Virus record (IMG/VR): IMGVR_UViG_3300025436_000002
Span: 106,201 to 170,200 of that record
Source: a virus
Reading direction: 5' to 3' (one strand)
Length of the DNA stretch: 64,000 nucleotides
The position numbers and the translations under genes are program-made. This document shows, piece by piece, positions 1-9,634 of this stretch (position 1 is the stretch's first letter; every line of letters begins with the position of its first letter). The notes below the pieces were generated by a model. It was given only the letters and a program-made list of their open reading frames with translations, was not told the origin of the DNA and made no database searches.

Positions 1-89
1 CACATTGTTACGGTGATGACAAACTAATAGCCATAGCTGAATTTACAACGAGGTCAATTGGCAGTAATATTCTTTATAGGTATTGGTAC

Positions 90-281
90 ATGAGTAGTAA
101 CTTACTTAGTAATAATACTCTTAACACTTCATACCTTGAGAGAAGCGAGTATGGTCATTTATTGGATATTCAATCAGACTTTGAACAAGTTAGAAGCGAA
201 GTAGCTAGATACTCAGGGAGGTTGATAACTGATCAGAAAGCTCTAGATAAACATATGATGATGAGAGAGTTATTAAAATGA
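90..281 (+). CDS. C-terminal-tag family small protein (probably begins upstream of window)
   Basis: Ends LDKHMMMRELLK*; stop overlaps next ATG (ATGA). Confidence 0.75.
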   Translation: MSSNLLSNNTLNTSYLERSEYGHLLDIQSDFEQVRSEVARYSGRLITDQKALDKHMMMRELLK

Positions 282-619
282 AAATAAAAGAGTTATTACT
301 AGATTTTATAATACTACTTAATGTATTAGTACTGCCTACCCTGCTTCCAGAGATGTGTTGGATGAAAGTATGCTTTGAAGAATTCAATTATAGTCATCCC
401 TTAATATCATGGCTAACCATGATAATTCCAGTTGTCGTATATTTCAAGGTTGCCTCATTCCTACTCCCTAAATTTATACTGTACGTATTTCCGAAAAGAT
501 TTTTAGACTCTAATTTAGAAGCTAGATATGGAACTCTGACAGATGAACAAGCTACAGTATTTATAGTTTTACTTATAGGTATTGGACTCATATTTGCTTT
601 AATTAATTTATATATTTAA
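278..619 (+). CDS. Hypothetical membrane protein
   Basis: Three hydrophobic segments; ATGA-coupled to upstream tag gene. Confidence 0.7.
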   Translation: MKIKELLLDFIILLNVLVLPTLLPEMCWMKVCFEEFNYSHPLISWLTMIIPVVVYFKVASFLLPKFILYVFPKRFLDSNLEARYGTLTDEQATVFIVLLIGIGLIFALINLYI

Positions 620-631
620 GGAGTTACTAAT

Positions 632-871
632 ATGAAATGTAAAATTATCGCAATAGTTTTGATTAAGGAAAGTCGTAGAGTTACTAGACTATATTTTATG
701 GATGAAAATTCCACACTATGCTATGTACATCCATGGCTACCAACTCGATTTATAAGTGCATGTAGGGATTTAAAATCATTATCTAAGATCTTTCATAGTC
801 CAGACACGGAGTTAATTATAGATAAAAATAAAATTAACAAGTATATTATGGCACAGGGGTTATTGAAATGA
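632..871 (+). CDS. C-terminal-tag family small protein
   Basis: AGGAG RBS; ends INKYIMAQGLLK*. Confidence 0.85.
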   Translation: MKCKIIAIVLIKESRRVTRLYFMDENSTLCYVHPWLPTRFISACRDLKSLSKIFHSPDTELIIDKNKINKYIMAQGLLK

Positions 872-1101
872 TGGAATATGTAGCCCTAGTTCTTATAAAT
901 AATGTACTAGAATTAGGGTATTTTTATCAGGAAGATAGGCTTTGTTATAGTTACTTTAATGGTTGCGGTTTCTATTATATCAGTCGTCACATCACATTAG
1001 AGACGTGTCTAAAAAATAGTTCTAAATTTTTAGGGTACTCAGTAGTAACGGATATAAAATGCATGAATAAACATCTTATGGCACAGGAGTTATTGAAATG
1101 A
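868..1101 (+). CDS. C-terminal-tag family small protein
   Basis: Starts MMEYVAL; ends MNKHLMAQELLK*. Confidence 0.85.
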   Translation: MMEYVALVLINNVLELGYFYQEDRLCYSYFNGCGFYYISRHITLETCLKNSSKFLGYSVVTDIKCMNKHLMAQELLK

Positions 1102-1352
1102 TGGAATATGTAGCTCTTGAGATAACTAAATATGCATGGATTAAAAATTTGATAAGTTACTATGCATTAGACGTGAGTGGAGTATTGCATTTTAAACCTG
1201 ATGACTGGAATCTCTACAGACCGAGTAATCTAACTTTAGAAGAGTTATTAGAACTACATAAACCCGAGGGTATCAGATCAGAGTATTCTTACCTAATAAC
1301 TGATAAAAAAGAGATAGCTAAATACTTAATGACGAGAGAGTTATTGAAATGA
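1098..1352 (+). CDS. C-terminal-tag family small protein
   Basis: Starts MMEYVAL; ends IAKYLMTRELLK*. Confidence 0.85.
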   Translation: MMEYVALEITKYAWIKNLISYYALDVSGVLHFKPDDWNLYRPSNLTLEELLELHKPEGIRSEYSYLITDKKEIAKYLMTRELLK

Positions 1353-1771
1353 TGATTAGTTTTATAATAGGTTCCCTATGGCTTATATTTATATGGAAGA
1401 TTTGGACTCTGTTCCGAGATCAACCTGTTGAAGAGTCCGTTAGATTCCCTAAGGAAATTTGGAATTGGCAAGGGGGCTTTAGATCAGATTGTGGAGATAC
1501 TCCTTTCTGTATTGGATACCTAGATAAAGGTATTCTAGCTAATGGGGAGTGGAGTACTGCTGTGTTCTTTAAACTATGGTTCGAAGAAGGGACTAAAACG
1601 TATTGGGGCTCTTTCTTGCACATGGGACATCACATGATAGTTAGATCATTAACTGATGACTATAACGAAATACTCTTGGATGCTCGGAGTAAAGTGGGTT
1701 CTGATTTAAAGTTTGTTGAAGGTACCCGAGAAGTAGGTAGATTCTTAATGACACAGGAGTTACTTAGATGA
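1349..1771 (+). CDS. C-terminal-tag family protein with N-terminal TM anchor
   Basis: Hydrophobic N-terminus; ends VGRFLMTQELLR*. Confidence 0.85.
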   Translation: MMISFIIGSLWLIFIWKIWTLFRDQPVEESVRFPKEIWNWQGGFRSDCGDTPFCIGYLDKGILANGEWSTAVFFKLWFEEGTKTYWGSFLHMGHHMIVRSLTDDYNEILLDARSKVGSDLKFVEGTREVGRFLMTQELLR

Positions 1772-2013
1772 ATAGAGAATATATAGCTCTAAGCTATTCA
1801 GAAGATTCTAATCCATTCTTGATTAAATATTACTGGGATGGGGATACTCTTATGTTTGAATTAGGAAGAGATGACTCTATAAAAGAAATCTGGAAATCTA
1901 GGAGTAATAAACTAGATATTGAATTGTCTAGGGATACTGTGTCAGGTTATAAAACTATATGGAATCCTACAGAAGTGGCTAAGTACTTAATGACTCTGGA
2001 GTTACTAAAATGA
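1768..2013 (+). CDS. C-terminal-tag family small protein
   Basis: Starts MNREYIAL; ends VAKYLMTLELLK*; paralogue of 7510..7758. Confidence 0.85.
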   Translation: MNREYIALSYSEDSNPFLIKYYWDGDTLMFELGRDDSIKEIWKSRSNKLDIELSRDTVSGYKTIWNPTEVAKYLMTLELLK

Positions 2014-2312
2014 ATAAAAGATATGTAGCCCTTCGGGATACTGGTGCATCTCTTCACGAATATATTCGTGATGGAGTAGTCATTAGGACTTTCTATTACC
2101 AAGTCTCTCAAAAGCATATACTTCTTACTGATATCTACTACGGGGGAATACTTAAAACTGATGGGGAGATATTTACTGAATTGACAAAGGCACCTAAAAG
2201 TTGGTATGTATACCTTACAGATAAATACTATTGGGATGTTGAGACTATTATAAAAGTGTCCAGTAGCTTAGAAATTAATAAGTATCTAATGGTTAAGGAA
2301 TTATTACGATAA
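2010..2312 (+). CDS. C-terminal-tag family small protein
   Basis: Starts MNKRYVAL; ends INKYLMVKELLR*. Confidence 0.85.
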   Translation: MNKRYVALRDTGASLHEYIRDGVVIRTFYYQVSQKHILLTDIYYGGILKTDGEIFTELTKAPKSWYVYLTDKYYWDVETIIKVSSSLEINKYLMVKELLR

Positions 2313-2325
2313 TTTAACGCATCTA

Positions 2326-2354
2326 TTGACTTTATATTTATAAGATGCTATTAT
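2326..2354 (+). promoter_or_regulatory. sigma70-like promoter
   Basis: TTGACT-N17-TATTAT with TG extension, then GTAAGGTTAA and AAGGAG RBS. Confidence 0.75.
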
Positions 2355-2387
2355 TAATATGTAAGGTTAATTAAAGGAGATACAACT

Positions 2388-2864
2388 ATGTTAAGATTTA
2401 GATTAGACGGGGATATACTTATAACTACTGAATCTTCTGGAGGATTCTTTTATAGTGAACCTCGTAATTTTTATTGTGATATTAAAGAGTGGGTACGTTT
2501 TGAAGTCAACAGTAAAGATGGTAAACGATTTGCTATCCAAAAAGTTCGTGAGGATGATAAACCTAGATACTTAGCCAATGTTGAGAGAGCACATATTCAA
2601 GCTCGTGAGGATGCTGAGAGTGCAAGAATAGCTGAGATACGTACTAAAGAATTTGAAGCTCACGAAAGACTCTATAAGAATGTTAACAGGGAGCTTGAGA
2701 GTTATAAAGACAGTGTAGAACACTTAGACAATTATGGTGATCTAATTAATAAGAAGAACATAGAAGTTAATTGTAAATATGAAGTATACGGTTATAAATA
2801 TGTTGATGGAAGACCTTTTCATAATACCGAAAGAGGCATGAGTAACATAGCTAAATATTTTTAA
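2388..2864 (+). CDS. Hypothetical protein, paralogue of 16377..16865
   Basis: Shares YCD..W..FE and CKYE.YGY..V.G.PFHNT..G..NI motifs with 16377..16865. Confidence 0.8.
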   Translation: MLRFRLDGDILITTESSGGFFYSEPRNFYCDIKEWVRFEVNSKDGKRFAIQKVREDDKPRYLANVERAHIQAREDAESARIAEIRTKEFEAHERLYKNVNRELESYKDSVEHLDNYGDLINKKNIEVNCKYEVYGYKYVDGRPFHNTERGMSNIAKYF

Positions 2865-2876
2865 GGAGACGAAAAC

Positions 2877-3110
2877 ATGAACGCTTATAGTAAATATTGT
2901 ACTAACTGTTCTTATAAGAAAACTACGCCAGGTTTCGGAGACCCTCATGAATGTGCTACATGTCAAGTGAACATGCAGTACCCTAAAACAATTTTATGTG
3001 ATGAGTGTGGGAAAGCCATAACAAAGAATAATAAGAAGAATCTAACTGAATCCACCTGTGATGCTTGTATACCTGAGAAGTATCTAAAATTTTTAAAAAA
3101 AGTAGATTAA
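2877..3110 (+). CDS. Small Zn-finger-like protein
   Basis: Four CxxC pairs; AAGGAG RBS. Confidence 0.7.
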   Translation: MNAYSKYCTNCSYKKTTPGFGDPHECATCQVNMQYPKTILCDECGKAITKNNKKNLTESTCDACIPEKYLKFLKKVD

Positions 3111-3133
3111 TAAAATTATAAGGAGACAAAACA

Positions 3134-3346
3134 ATGGAAAGAATTCCTCAATCAGAAGTTGATAAGTTCCAGAGAGCTGGGAAGAAGTACCAAGTTGTAG
3201 TAAAGACTGAAAATGGTGTAGAGTCCCCAATAGAGAAACCATATCCAGATATGGATGGAGCTAGAGCATGTATAACCTTCATAGAGGATTACGCCAGAGA
3301 AAATAATCCTGATCGTGTATTATCATTTTATATTAAGGAGGTATAA
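3134..3346 (+). CDS. Hypothetical protein
   Basis: AGGAG RBS, clean ORF. Confidence 0.7.
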   Translation: MERIPQSEVDKFQRAGKKYQVVVKTENGVESPIEKPYPDMDGARACITFIEDYARENNPDRVLSFYIKEV

Positions 3347-3350
3347 TTAT

Positions 3351-3539
3351 ATGAATACATTAGTACACATATCCCTAATAGCATTAGCTATGATTTCTAT
3401 GACAGGACTTGGGGGTCTCATAAGCTTTCAATTAGGATACAATTATAGAAAACTCGGAATTCCTTTAACTTTCTTACTTTTTGGGGTAGATTTGTTTCTA
3501 CTTCTCACATCTTTACATTACATTGAAAGTTTAATTTAA
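3351..3539 (+). CDS. Small membrane protein
   Basis: AAGGAGG RBS before ATG 3351; two hydrophobic segments. Confidence 0.6.
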   Translation: MNTLVHISLIALAMISMTGLGGLISFQLGYNYRKLGIPLTFLLFGVDLFLLLTSLHYIESLI

Positions 3540-3550
3540 AGGAGACTTAT

Positions 3551-4894
3551 ATGAGTACAGATATTAAACCCTTAAACAGTGTTACTTATTTTACAAAAGA
3601 GTCTGAGGATAGAGCTTTGAAGACTCATTACGGAGTTTCCCTTATGGGTTACATCCTAAAACTATTAGGAAGAAATGCAAAGTATGTAAAGGCTAGGGCA
3701 TCTGAATTAGAACTTGATACTGGAATAAAATATGAACTAGAAATAGAAGATTATGCTAAGATAAAAAGCGTAAAACCTATGGGAACTTCCCTAGCTCCAT
3801 ACAAAGCATGCTTACCTGAACTTAGAACATCGTTACTATACGACGCTATCTGGAAGGTCCAGAATGACAGTATTCGAGATAAACTTCTTGAAGATATAAG
3901 GGAAGACCTTTACGGAGAATCTAAGTATGTAGGAGAAACTATTCCAGTTAAAGTTAATAAGGAGACAGAAGTGAACTATCAAGAAAAAGAAGACATACTT
4001 AATAAGTACCTAAGGGAAGTTATAAATAATCAAGATTCTGAGGTTTCTACACTAAAAGTTAAGGAGAATATTTACCTAAGTAGTAAGCCGACCCTTGAGC
4101 ATATCCAAGCTAAAATAATCTCTCAACTAAGTCTAGGGGGAGTACTGGCAGGAGTACTTCAAAGAAGTGTATGCGACAGAGCAGGATGCTCTAAAACAAG
4201 ATACTACATGGCGTTAAATGGCTTAGGCTCTCTGATAGTTAAGAAACTGAGCAAGTCTGGGAGTGTTAATGTAGTACTTATGAGAATGCCTTCCGTAGAA
4301 ACTTCGGGTAATGAGGAGAAAACAATGATTAAAGATATGGTAGAGGAACGTATTGAACGAGAGATACTAGAACAACTTAAACAAGGTGAGATGCTTTCTA
4401 GTACTTTAAGAGAGAAGGTAACTAAGAAATTAGATGTATCAGATCCTAGATTTTATGCATCTTTGAAAAATCTAGGCTTACTTGTCAGTGTGAGGCAAGA
4501 GGGGTCTAAAAAGTATAGATGTCTGTCCAGTGGTATTGAAGAGAAGGCTACGGAGCAACCTGTTATCTTTAAAATTGAAGAAGTTGTGAAACCTACGATC
4601 ATTAAGAGTTCTACAGTAAATCCTAACGAATATGGAGTAGAAGTCAGTATCATAGGATCAGACGTAGTCATTCAAAAATCTCCTACTGGGAGGGAACTTA
4701 CATCAGTAGAGGTAGCTCCTTCTCAAGCCCAAGTTACCACATATAAAGTAAAACAAGGAGACTTCCAAGCGTTTGCTCATGATAACTTAGAAGTGGCAAA
4801 AGGGTATGGAATGTGTTTAAGAGACCGAGGTTGGTCAGCAGTTCAGATATTCAAGGAAGTAGTTATCAAGACATCAGAAGTAGTAGAATTTTAG
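3551..4894 (+). CDS. Putative DNA-binding protein with two tandem winged-helix-like repeats
   Basis: Internal repeat IQAKIISQL..G.L...LQRSV....G.S..RYY.AL..LG / IEREILEQL..G.M....LREKV...L.VS..RFY.SL..LG. Confidence 0.5.
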   Translation: MSTDIKPLNSVTYFTKESEDRALKTHYGVSLMGYILKLLGRNAKYVKARASELELDTGIKYELEIEDYAKIKSVKPMGTSLAPYKACLPELRTSLLYDAIWKVQNDSIRDKLLEDIREDLYGESKYVGETIPVKVNKETEVNYQEKEDILNKYLREVINNQDSEVSTLKVKENIYLSSKPTLEHIQAKIISQLSLGGVLAGVLQRSVCDRAGCSKTRYYMALNGLGSLIVKKLSKSGSVNVVLMRMPSVETSGNEEKTMIKDMVEERIEREILEQLKQGEMLSSTLREKVTKKLDVSDPRFYASLKNLGLLVSVRQEGSKKYRCLSSGIEEKATEQPVIFKIEEVVKPTIIKSSTVNPNEYGVEVSIIGSDVVIQKSPTGRELTSVEVAPSQAQVTTYKVKQGDFQAFAHDNLEVAKGYGMCLRDRGWSAVQIFKEVVIKTSEVVEF

Positions 4895-4908
4895 AAAGGA
4901 CAGTAAGC

Positions 4909-5131
4909 ATGAACGACAAAATATTAGAAATGATAAAAATATTATCAGGGTATGTAACTCCCCCCATATGACTGTGTTGCAACGTCTTTTATACACCTAG
5001 AAGTAGACGGAGTTAGTGTACTCTTATCCGAAATGGATGTGACGTATTCTAAGGGGATACATATAACATTAAAGGGGCTGACTCCTAAGATTAGTAAGAA
5101 GAGTACAACTGTATTTATTGACAATGATTAA
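4909..5131 (+). pseudogene. Frameshifted small ORF
   Basis: RBS + ATG 4909; removing one C from the C6 run at 4960-4965 restores a 73-aa ORF ending at TAA 5129-5131. Confidence 0.5.
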
Positions 5132-5136
5132 AGACT

Positions 5137-5189
5137 TGTAACAATGCCTTAACACATGACTTGACTTAGCTTGAGTCATGTGTTACCAT
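5137..5189 (+). promoter_or_regulatory. sigma70-like promoter with upstream TGTAA box and inverted repeat
   Basis: TGTAA-N8-TAACA at 5137; TTGACT(5161)-N17-TACCAT; 12-bp IR taacacatgact/agtcatgtgtta. Confidence 0.75.
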
Positions 5190-5540
5190 ATACATGTAAG
5201 GTTAATTTATAAGGAGCTGTTGGCATGTGTAGATACAATTACAAAAGTGAGTTAACCACTGTAAAGTACTCTGGAGCTAAGAGTAGATCATATGGTGGGG
5301 AGAGAATCTTAATAAAAACTGAGTCATCTGAGAAAATAAACACGACTGGTATTAAGCTACCTTCGTTGAGTAAGCCTAAAGGAGTTTTATAATGTTTGAT
5401 ACAGAACTGGCTTGTCATTATTTAATGACTATGGGAATGGCAAGAGAGTGCCTAATGAATCTATCTGACCCAGACAATGTAACATTTATAAATGATAAAT
5501 TCTTTAATATTTATGTAGGGATGTTGGGGAGTGACTGTAT

Positions 5541-5810
5541 TTGAAGGATAAAGAATACTTATTTAAACAATACTTTCCTGCCCCCAAGTATACTACTTAC
5601 TATTTTGTATTAGGGGGTAAGCTTATGGCGGAGAGAAGATATGCTAGTAGACGAAGCCCTGAGACCTACGAGTGTGGTCTTAAGTTAAGCCAGTTATATT
5701 TTTGTGAGGGAGATACTAATTTATATTTTTGTGTGGGAGATATTAATTCCGAGATATTAAATGAATCTTTATTAAATAGATACCTAATGCTAGAGGAGTT
5801 GAGTAAGTGA
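5541..5810 (+). CDS. C-terminal-tag family small protein
   Basis: Ends LNRYLMLEELSK*. Confidence 0.85.
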   Translation: MKDKEYLFKQYFPAPKYTTYYFVLGGKLMAERRYASRRSPETYECGLKLSQLYFCEGDTNLYFCVGDINSEILNESLLNRYLMLEELSK

Positions 5811-6091
5811 ATCTTAAGTGTAATAACTTTTTAAAATATTTCGGAACTATCAAAAATTCAAGAATAGGTGACATTACTATACTCGGTTATGCGAGGAATC
5901 TTGGATGTCTCCATGGAAGTTTTTCCGAAATGTATCTGAGGAGATATGGGGATACTCTCCTTGATAGTAAGGAAGCACTTCCTGTATCTTTTAATGATGT
6001 AGAGGTACGTTCTTTCATGGGGGTCAGTTGTAATGATTTCGATATTCAAGAGGTTATGAAGTATTCAATTATGTTGGAGCTATTGAGATGA
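5807..6091 (+). CDS. C-terminal-tag family small protein
   Basis: GTGA-coupled; ends VMKYSIMLELLR*. Confidence 0.8.
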   Translation: MNLKCNNFLKYFGTIKNSRIGDITILGYARNLGCLHGSFSEMYLRRYGDTLLDSKEALPVSFNDVEVRSFMGVSCNDFDIQEVMKYSIMLELLR

Positions 6092-6196
6092 TTAAGAAGC
6101 ACCTATCCATGCAGACTGGGCAAGCTCCTAAGGATTCAAAGTTTACTTGGATAATTTATATAGCTCAACCTTTCATTCATGGAGAATATTTAATGG

Positions 6197-6418
6197 ATGT
6201 TTACGAAGAAAAGGTACTCAGGTATCTTAATTAACAAACTTGATGATTCCGACTTTGTGTACTGTATTTTCCATGGGGAGAGATTGTGCTACTATATAGG
6301 TAGCCATCTCTATAAGTCGGAAAGTACTCTTAAGAAGATGTTGAGTATTGGGGATTATAAGATACTAGAGGGTATGGAATTAGATAAGTACTTAATGACG
6401 GAGGAACTGTTGAAATGA
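6197..6418 (+). CDS. C-terminal-tag family small protein
   Basis: Ends LDKYLMTEELLK*; close paralogue of 6700..6921. Confidence 0.85.
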   Translation: MFTKKRYSGILINKLDDSDFVYCIFHGERLCYYIGSHLYKSESTLKKMLSIGDYKILEGMELDKYLMTEELLK

Positions 6419-6651
6419 GTTCTATAAAATATTTAGGCCTAGTGACCCATTTCCCTACAAATACTACTCTACTGTACTACAAACAAGACAGAATTAACTT
6501 AGTTAGAACTACTCAAGGAGAGCCATGGCCATCTGGCTACACTGAAACAGAGTTAGCTAGGGACATGGCGAAATATAATAAAGACTTTCTGTATGTTACG
6601 GACAGATTGGAGATATTAAAAACAATCATGACATGGGAGTTATTGAAATGA
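6415..6651 (+). CDS. C-terminal-tag family small protein
   Basis: Ends ILKTIMTWELLK*. Confidence 0.85.
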   Translation: MSSIKYLGLVTHFPTNTTLLYYKQDRINLVRTTQGEPWPSGYTETELARDMAKYNKDFLYVTDRLEILKTIMTWELLK

Positions 6652-6703
6652 AGAAAAGAGGATACTTAATAAATATCTAATGTGCGGAGAGTTATTAAAA
6701 TGA
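6648..6703 (+). pseudogene. Deleted tag-family cassette (orphan tag)
   Basis: ATG 6648 opens only 10 codons; another frame reads ILNKYLMCGELLK* whose TGA overlaps ATG 6700. Confidence 0.7.
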
Positions 6704-6921
6704 GTAGACTCACGAAAGGATATTCAGGACTCCTTATTAATAGGTTCGATGAGACTGATTATATCTACTGTATCCATGGCAATAGCCTTTGGTATTACAG
6801 AGATGGAAGTTTAATAAAATCATGTCTTAGTGTAACTGATAAAATGAATAGGGGCGGGTACAAAATATTAAAAGGAAAAGAACTTAATAAGTACCTAATG
6901 ATATCGGAGTTATTAAAATGA
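6700..6921 (+). CDS. C-terminal-tag family small protein
   Basis: Start at ATG 6700 (MSRLTKGYSG); ends LNKYLMISELLK*. Confidence 0.85.
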   Translation: MSRLTKGYSGLLINRFDETDYIYCIHGNSLWYYRDGSLIKSCLSVTDKMNRGGYKILKGKELNKYLMISELLK

Positions 6922-7214
6922 CGTATAAAGAATACAGTATCCCTATACACTATTTTAGGGAGGATAGCCCCAAGGATTATTTAAACAAAGTTATTCTAAT
7001 TATAGATAACGGAACGTATACTGTTAGATACTATTATTTGGACCATGTTCTAAAATATTATACTATGTATAAATGCGGTTCTAAATCATGGGGCAGAGTT
7101 GCTATAATACAAAACTTAGATGATATTAGATCTACTAGCCTCTCTCTAGGACATAAGGTACTCGAAGGTTTAGAGCTTGGTAAGTTTCTTATGATGGAGG
7201 AGTTACTAAAATGA
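6918..7214 (+). CDS. C-terminal-tag family small protein
   Basis: Ends LGKFLMMEELLK*. Confidence 0.85.
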   Translation: MTYKEYSIPIHYFREDSPKDYLNKVILIIDNGTYTVRYYYLDHVLKYYTMYKCGSKSWGRVAIIQNLDDIRSTSLSLGHKVLEGLELGKFLMMEELLK

Positions 7215-7513
7215 AATTAAGGGTAACTAAGGAAGGAGTGTCTCTGGATTCTCTTACAACTGTACTAGCTATTATTATATCTAACTACAACGGTAATATA
7301 GTATATAACTTCTATTATAAGATAACAAATTTTAATACTATACGTTTAAGTCCTGATCTGGCATTCGATGTCCAGTACGTTCTCAGATCCGATTTTAAGA
7401 GTGTAGAGGATATTGTAGCTAAATTTAAGACCTCTCCTGTAAAGATTGTTACGGGAGCCGACTTAGTCGGAGAGATTAATAAATATTTAATGATACATGA
7501 GTTGATGAAATGA
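7211..7513 (+). CDS. C-terminal-tag family small protein
   Basis: Ends INKYLMIHELMK*. Confidence 0.85.
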   Translation: MKLRVTKEGVSLDSLTTVLAIIISNYNGNIVYNFYYKITNFNTIRLSPDLAFDVQYVLRSDFKSVEDIVAKFKTSPVKIVTGADLVGEINKYLMIHELMK

Positions 7514-7758
7514 GTAGAGAATACGTAGCTATATCTATTAAGAATTACTCCGACAGGGATAGGTGCACTATAAAATATTACTGGGAGAGTTATAGCCTCT
7601 GCTACATAATCTCTGATGAATTTGGAACTGTTGAGGAGTATGCCGATACAAGTATATTAATGGAGGAATTAAATAAGGATAAGGAGTCTGGGTTTGAAGT
7701 TATATCTGGTAGGCTTGAGGTTGCAAAATACCTAATGATGCAGGAATTATTGAATTAA
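7510..7758 (+). CDS. C-terminal-tag family small protein
   Basis: Starts MSREYVAI; ends VAKYLMMQELLN*. Confidence 0.85.
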   Translation: MSREYVAISIKNYSDRDRCTIKYYWESYSLCYIISDEFGTVEEYADTSILMEELNKDKESGFEVISGRLEVAKYLMMQELLN

Positions 7759-7768
7759 CACTGGTTAG

Positions 7769-7779
7769 TTTATATTATA
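7769..7779 (+). promoter_or_regulatory. Putative late promoter TTTATATTHTA
   Basis: TTTATATTATA 40 nt before fibre-like gene; no -35. Confidence 0.7.
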
Positions 7780-7808
7780 AGAAGTATTCGTATAAAATTA
7801 TAGGAGGG

Positions 7809-9548
7809 ATGGACATGACATTAAAAATTGAAAATTTAGGGGATATTATTGAAGTTGTATCAGGACTTGGAAACTTTAAGATAGGTGCTCTACTTACGGT
7901 AGATGCTCCTTCAGGATATAGTGAAGATATTATACTCAATGCTATATCAACACATCCAAACTTAGTACTTATCGGAGGCACTATTCTAAATACATACACA
8001 TATGATATTAATAAGAATAACATAGTAGACCTAGTAGATGGTATGGATGGATTATCCGCAACCCTAGATGACTTATCTACAACTGTTGACGGCTTATCTA
8101 CAACTACGGATGGATTATCTACAACTGTTGATGGATTATCTACAACTGTTGACGGCTTATCTACAACTGTTGACGGCTTATCTACAACTGTTGACGGCTT
8201 AGTTAGTTTCAGTATACCTGGAACTGATAGGTATTATATTGATGGTAATCTAGGAGATGACTCCACCCCAGATGGAAGTTTATCAAAGCCTTATAAAACC
8301 ATTCAAGCATGTTTAGACATGATAGGGCAACCCGTTAACCACATTGATGCTATGAGAACTATCCATATATACGTATCAGGTAAAACTTCAGCTGTGGAAT
8401 CAATATCTGGGGGTCAAACTTTTAGTGGATGTTACTCTGAAAATTTAACAGTTCCGTCGAGAAGGATTACCATATTTGGCTATGGTGTTAAACTAGGTGA
8501 TAATGGAGCTGGCTCTGGCGGTGGAAATATATTAAAAGAGTATTCAACAGGTAGGAGATTTGGTGCAACATCCTCAGAGTTGAGACCGTGTCTTACTTTA
8601 GTCGGATTGGCAGAGGTTAGGGATAATCATCAAAGATTACGTAACGGTTTCCACGTCGGTGGAACTTGTAGAACATCGATTTTAACAAGGAGTTTTGACT
8701 CGATACAAGGTGATGGTAGCAATAAAATAACAGTACATGTAGCAGCAGGTCAATATGCATACCCAATAACTGTATCAAATTATCCAACTACCCCCTACAT
8801 AAGAATATCAGTCCAAAATTCATTGTACTATAGTGGTACTTATGATATAACTGAAAAAATAGATGACACAACTTTTGTTGCCACTAAAGTAAGTGGGACA
8901 AACTTACACACCGAAATTGAAACATCTGGTAGATTTTTTGAGTCAGATAGTGCTGGTGCTTCTGGTTTATCTCATGATTCTTGTTTTTTAAATACTTATA
9001 TGCAAGGTGCTTACACCTGTGATGATGGGACTGTTAACGGTGCAGCTCCAACAGCAGGGACGGAAGTTCTTTATAGTGAAGGTAGTAGATTTTATACAGG
9101 GGTTGAAGGTAGGAGTATTTTATTACAAAGATGGATTAACACTACTTTAGCTGGAGCAAGTATCATTAACTCGTCAGAAGGTATGAACAATTGTTCAATT
9201 AGCGGAACTTTAACCTTATCCACATTTACATATGCAACTGATGACATGGGCTTCATAGCAAATAGATTTAATAGTGCAGTTCCGATAACGGTAAGTAGTG
9301 CGGGTCAAACCGTAAGAATGGATGCAATAACTTACAAATCTTTCAGAGATGCTGGCTGTACATGGGTAACAAATACCCCTACAATAGATTTACTTGGTAG
9401 ATCATGGGATTCGGGAGTTTGGGCTTCTAGACCGACTACATGTTTACAAACTGGTCAAATGTATCTGGATACTGGATTGAAAAAACCTTATTGGTATAAC
9501 TCTGGGGATTCCAGTTGGTACGATGCTACGGGAGTAGTCCACATATAA
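7809..9548 (+). CDS. Putative virion fibre/decoration protein
   Basis: Heptad DGLSTTV coiled coil; G.D...DGS..KPYKTIQ motif; G/T/S-rich beta body; C-terminal RPT....GQMYLDT.L.KP.W....W.DATG fibre-type motif. Confidence 0.7.
   Translation: MDMTLKIENLGDIIEVVSGLGNFKIGALLTVDAPSGYSEDIILNAISTHPNLVLIGGTILNTYTYDINKNNIVDLVDGMDGLSATLDDLSTTVDGLSTTTDGLSTTVDGLSTTVDGLSTTVDGLSTTVDGLVSFSIPGTDRYYIDGNLGDDSTPDGSLSKPYKTIQACLDMIGQPVNHIDAMRTIHIYVSGKTSAVESISGGQTFSGCYSENLTVPSRRITIFGYGVKLGDNGAGSGGGNILKEYSTGRRFGATSSELRPCLTLVGLAEVRDNHQRLRNGFHVGGTCRTSILTRSFDSIQGDGSNKITVHVAAGQYAYPITVSNYPTTPYIRISVQNSLYYSGTYDITEKIDDTTFVATKVSGTNLHTEIETSGRFFESDSAGASGLSHDSCFLNTYMQGAYTCDDGTVNGAAPTAGTEVLYSEGSRFYTGVEGRSILLQRWINTTLAGASIINSSEGMNNCSISGTLTLSTFTYATDDMGFIANRFNSAVPITVSSAGQTVRMDAITYKSFRDAGCTWVTNTPTIDLLGRSWDSGVWASRPTTCLQTGQMYLDTGLKKPYWYNSGDSSWYDATGVVHI
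8046..8200 (+). repeat. 21-bp coding tandem repeat (about 7 units, DGLSTTV)
   Basis: gacggcttatctacaactgtt units. Confidence 0.9.
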
Positions 9549-9577
9549 CTGTTAACTAGTACACGTTACAAACGTCG

Positions 9578-9588
9578 TTTATATTATA
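9578..9588 (+). promoter_or_regulatory. Putative late promoter TTTATATTHTA
   Basis: TTTATATTATA upstream of 9635. Confidence 0.7.
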
Positions 9589-9634
9589 ACTAGGTATTCA
9601 GTGTAGAATACCACAATTTAGAAAGAGGTTAACC

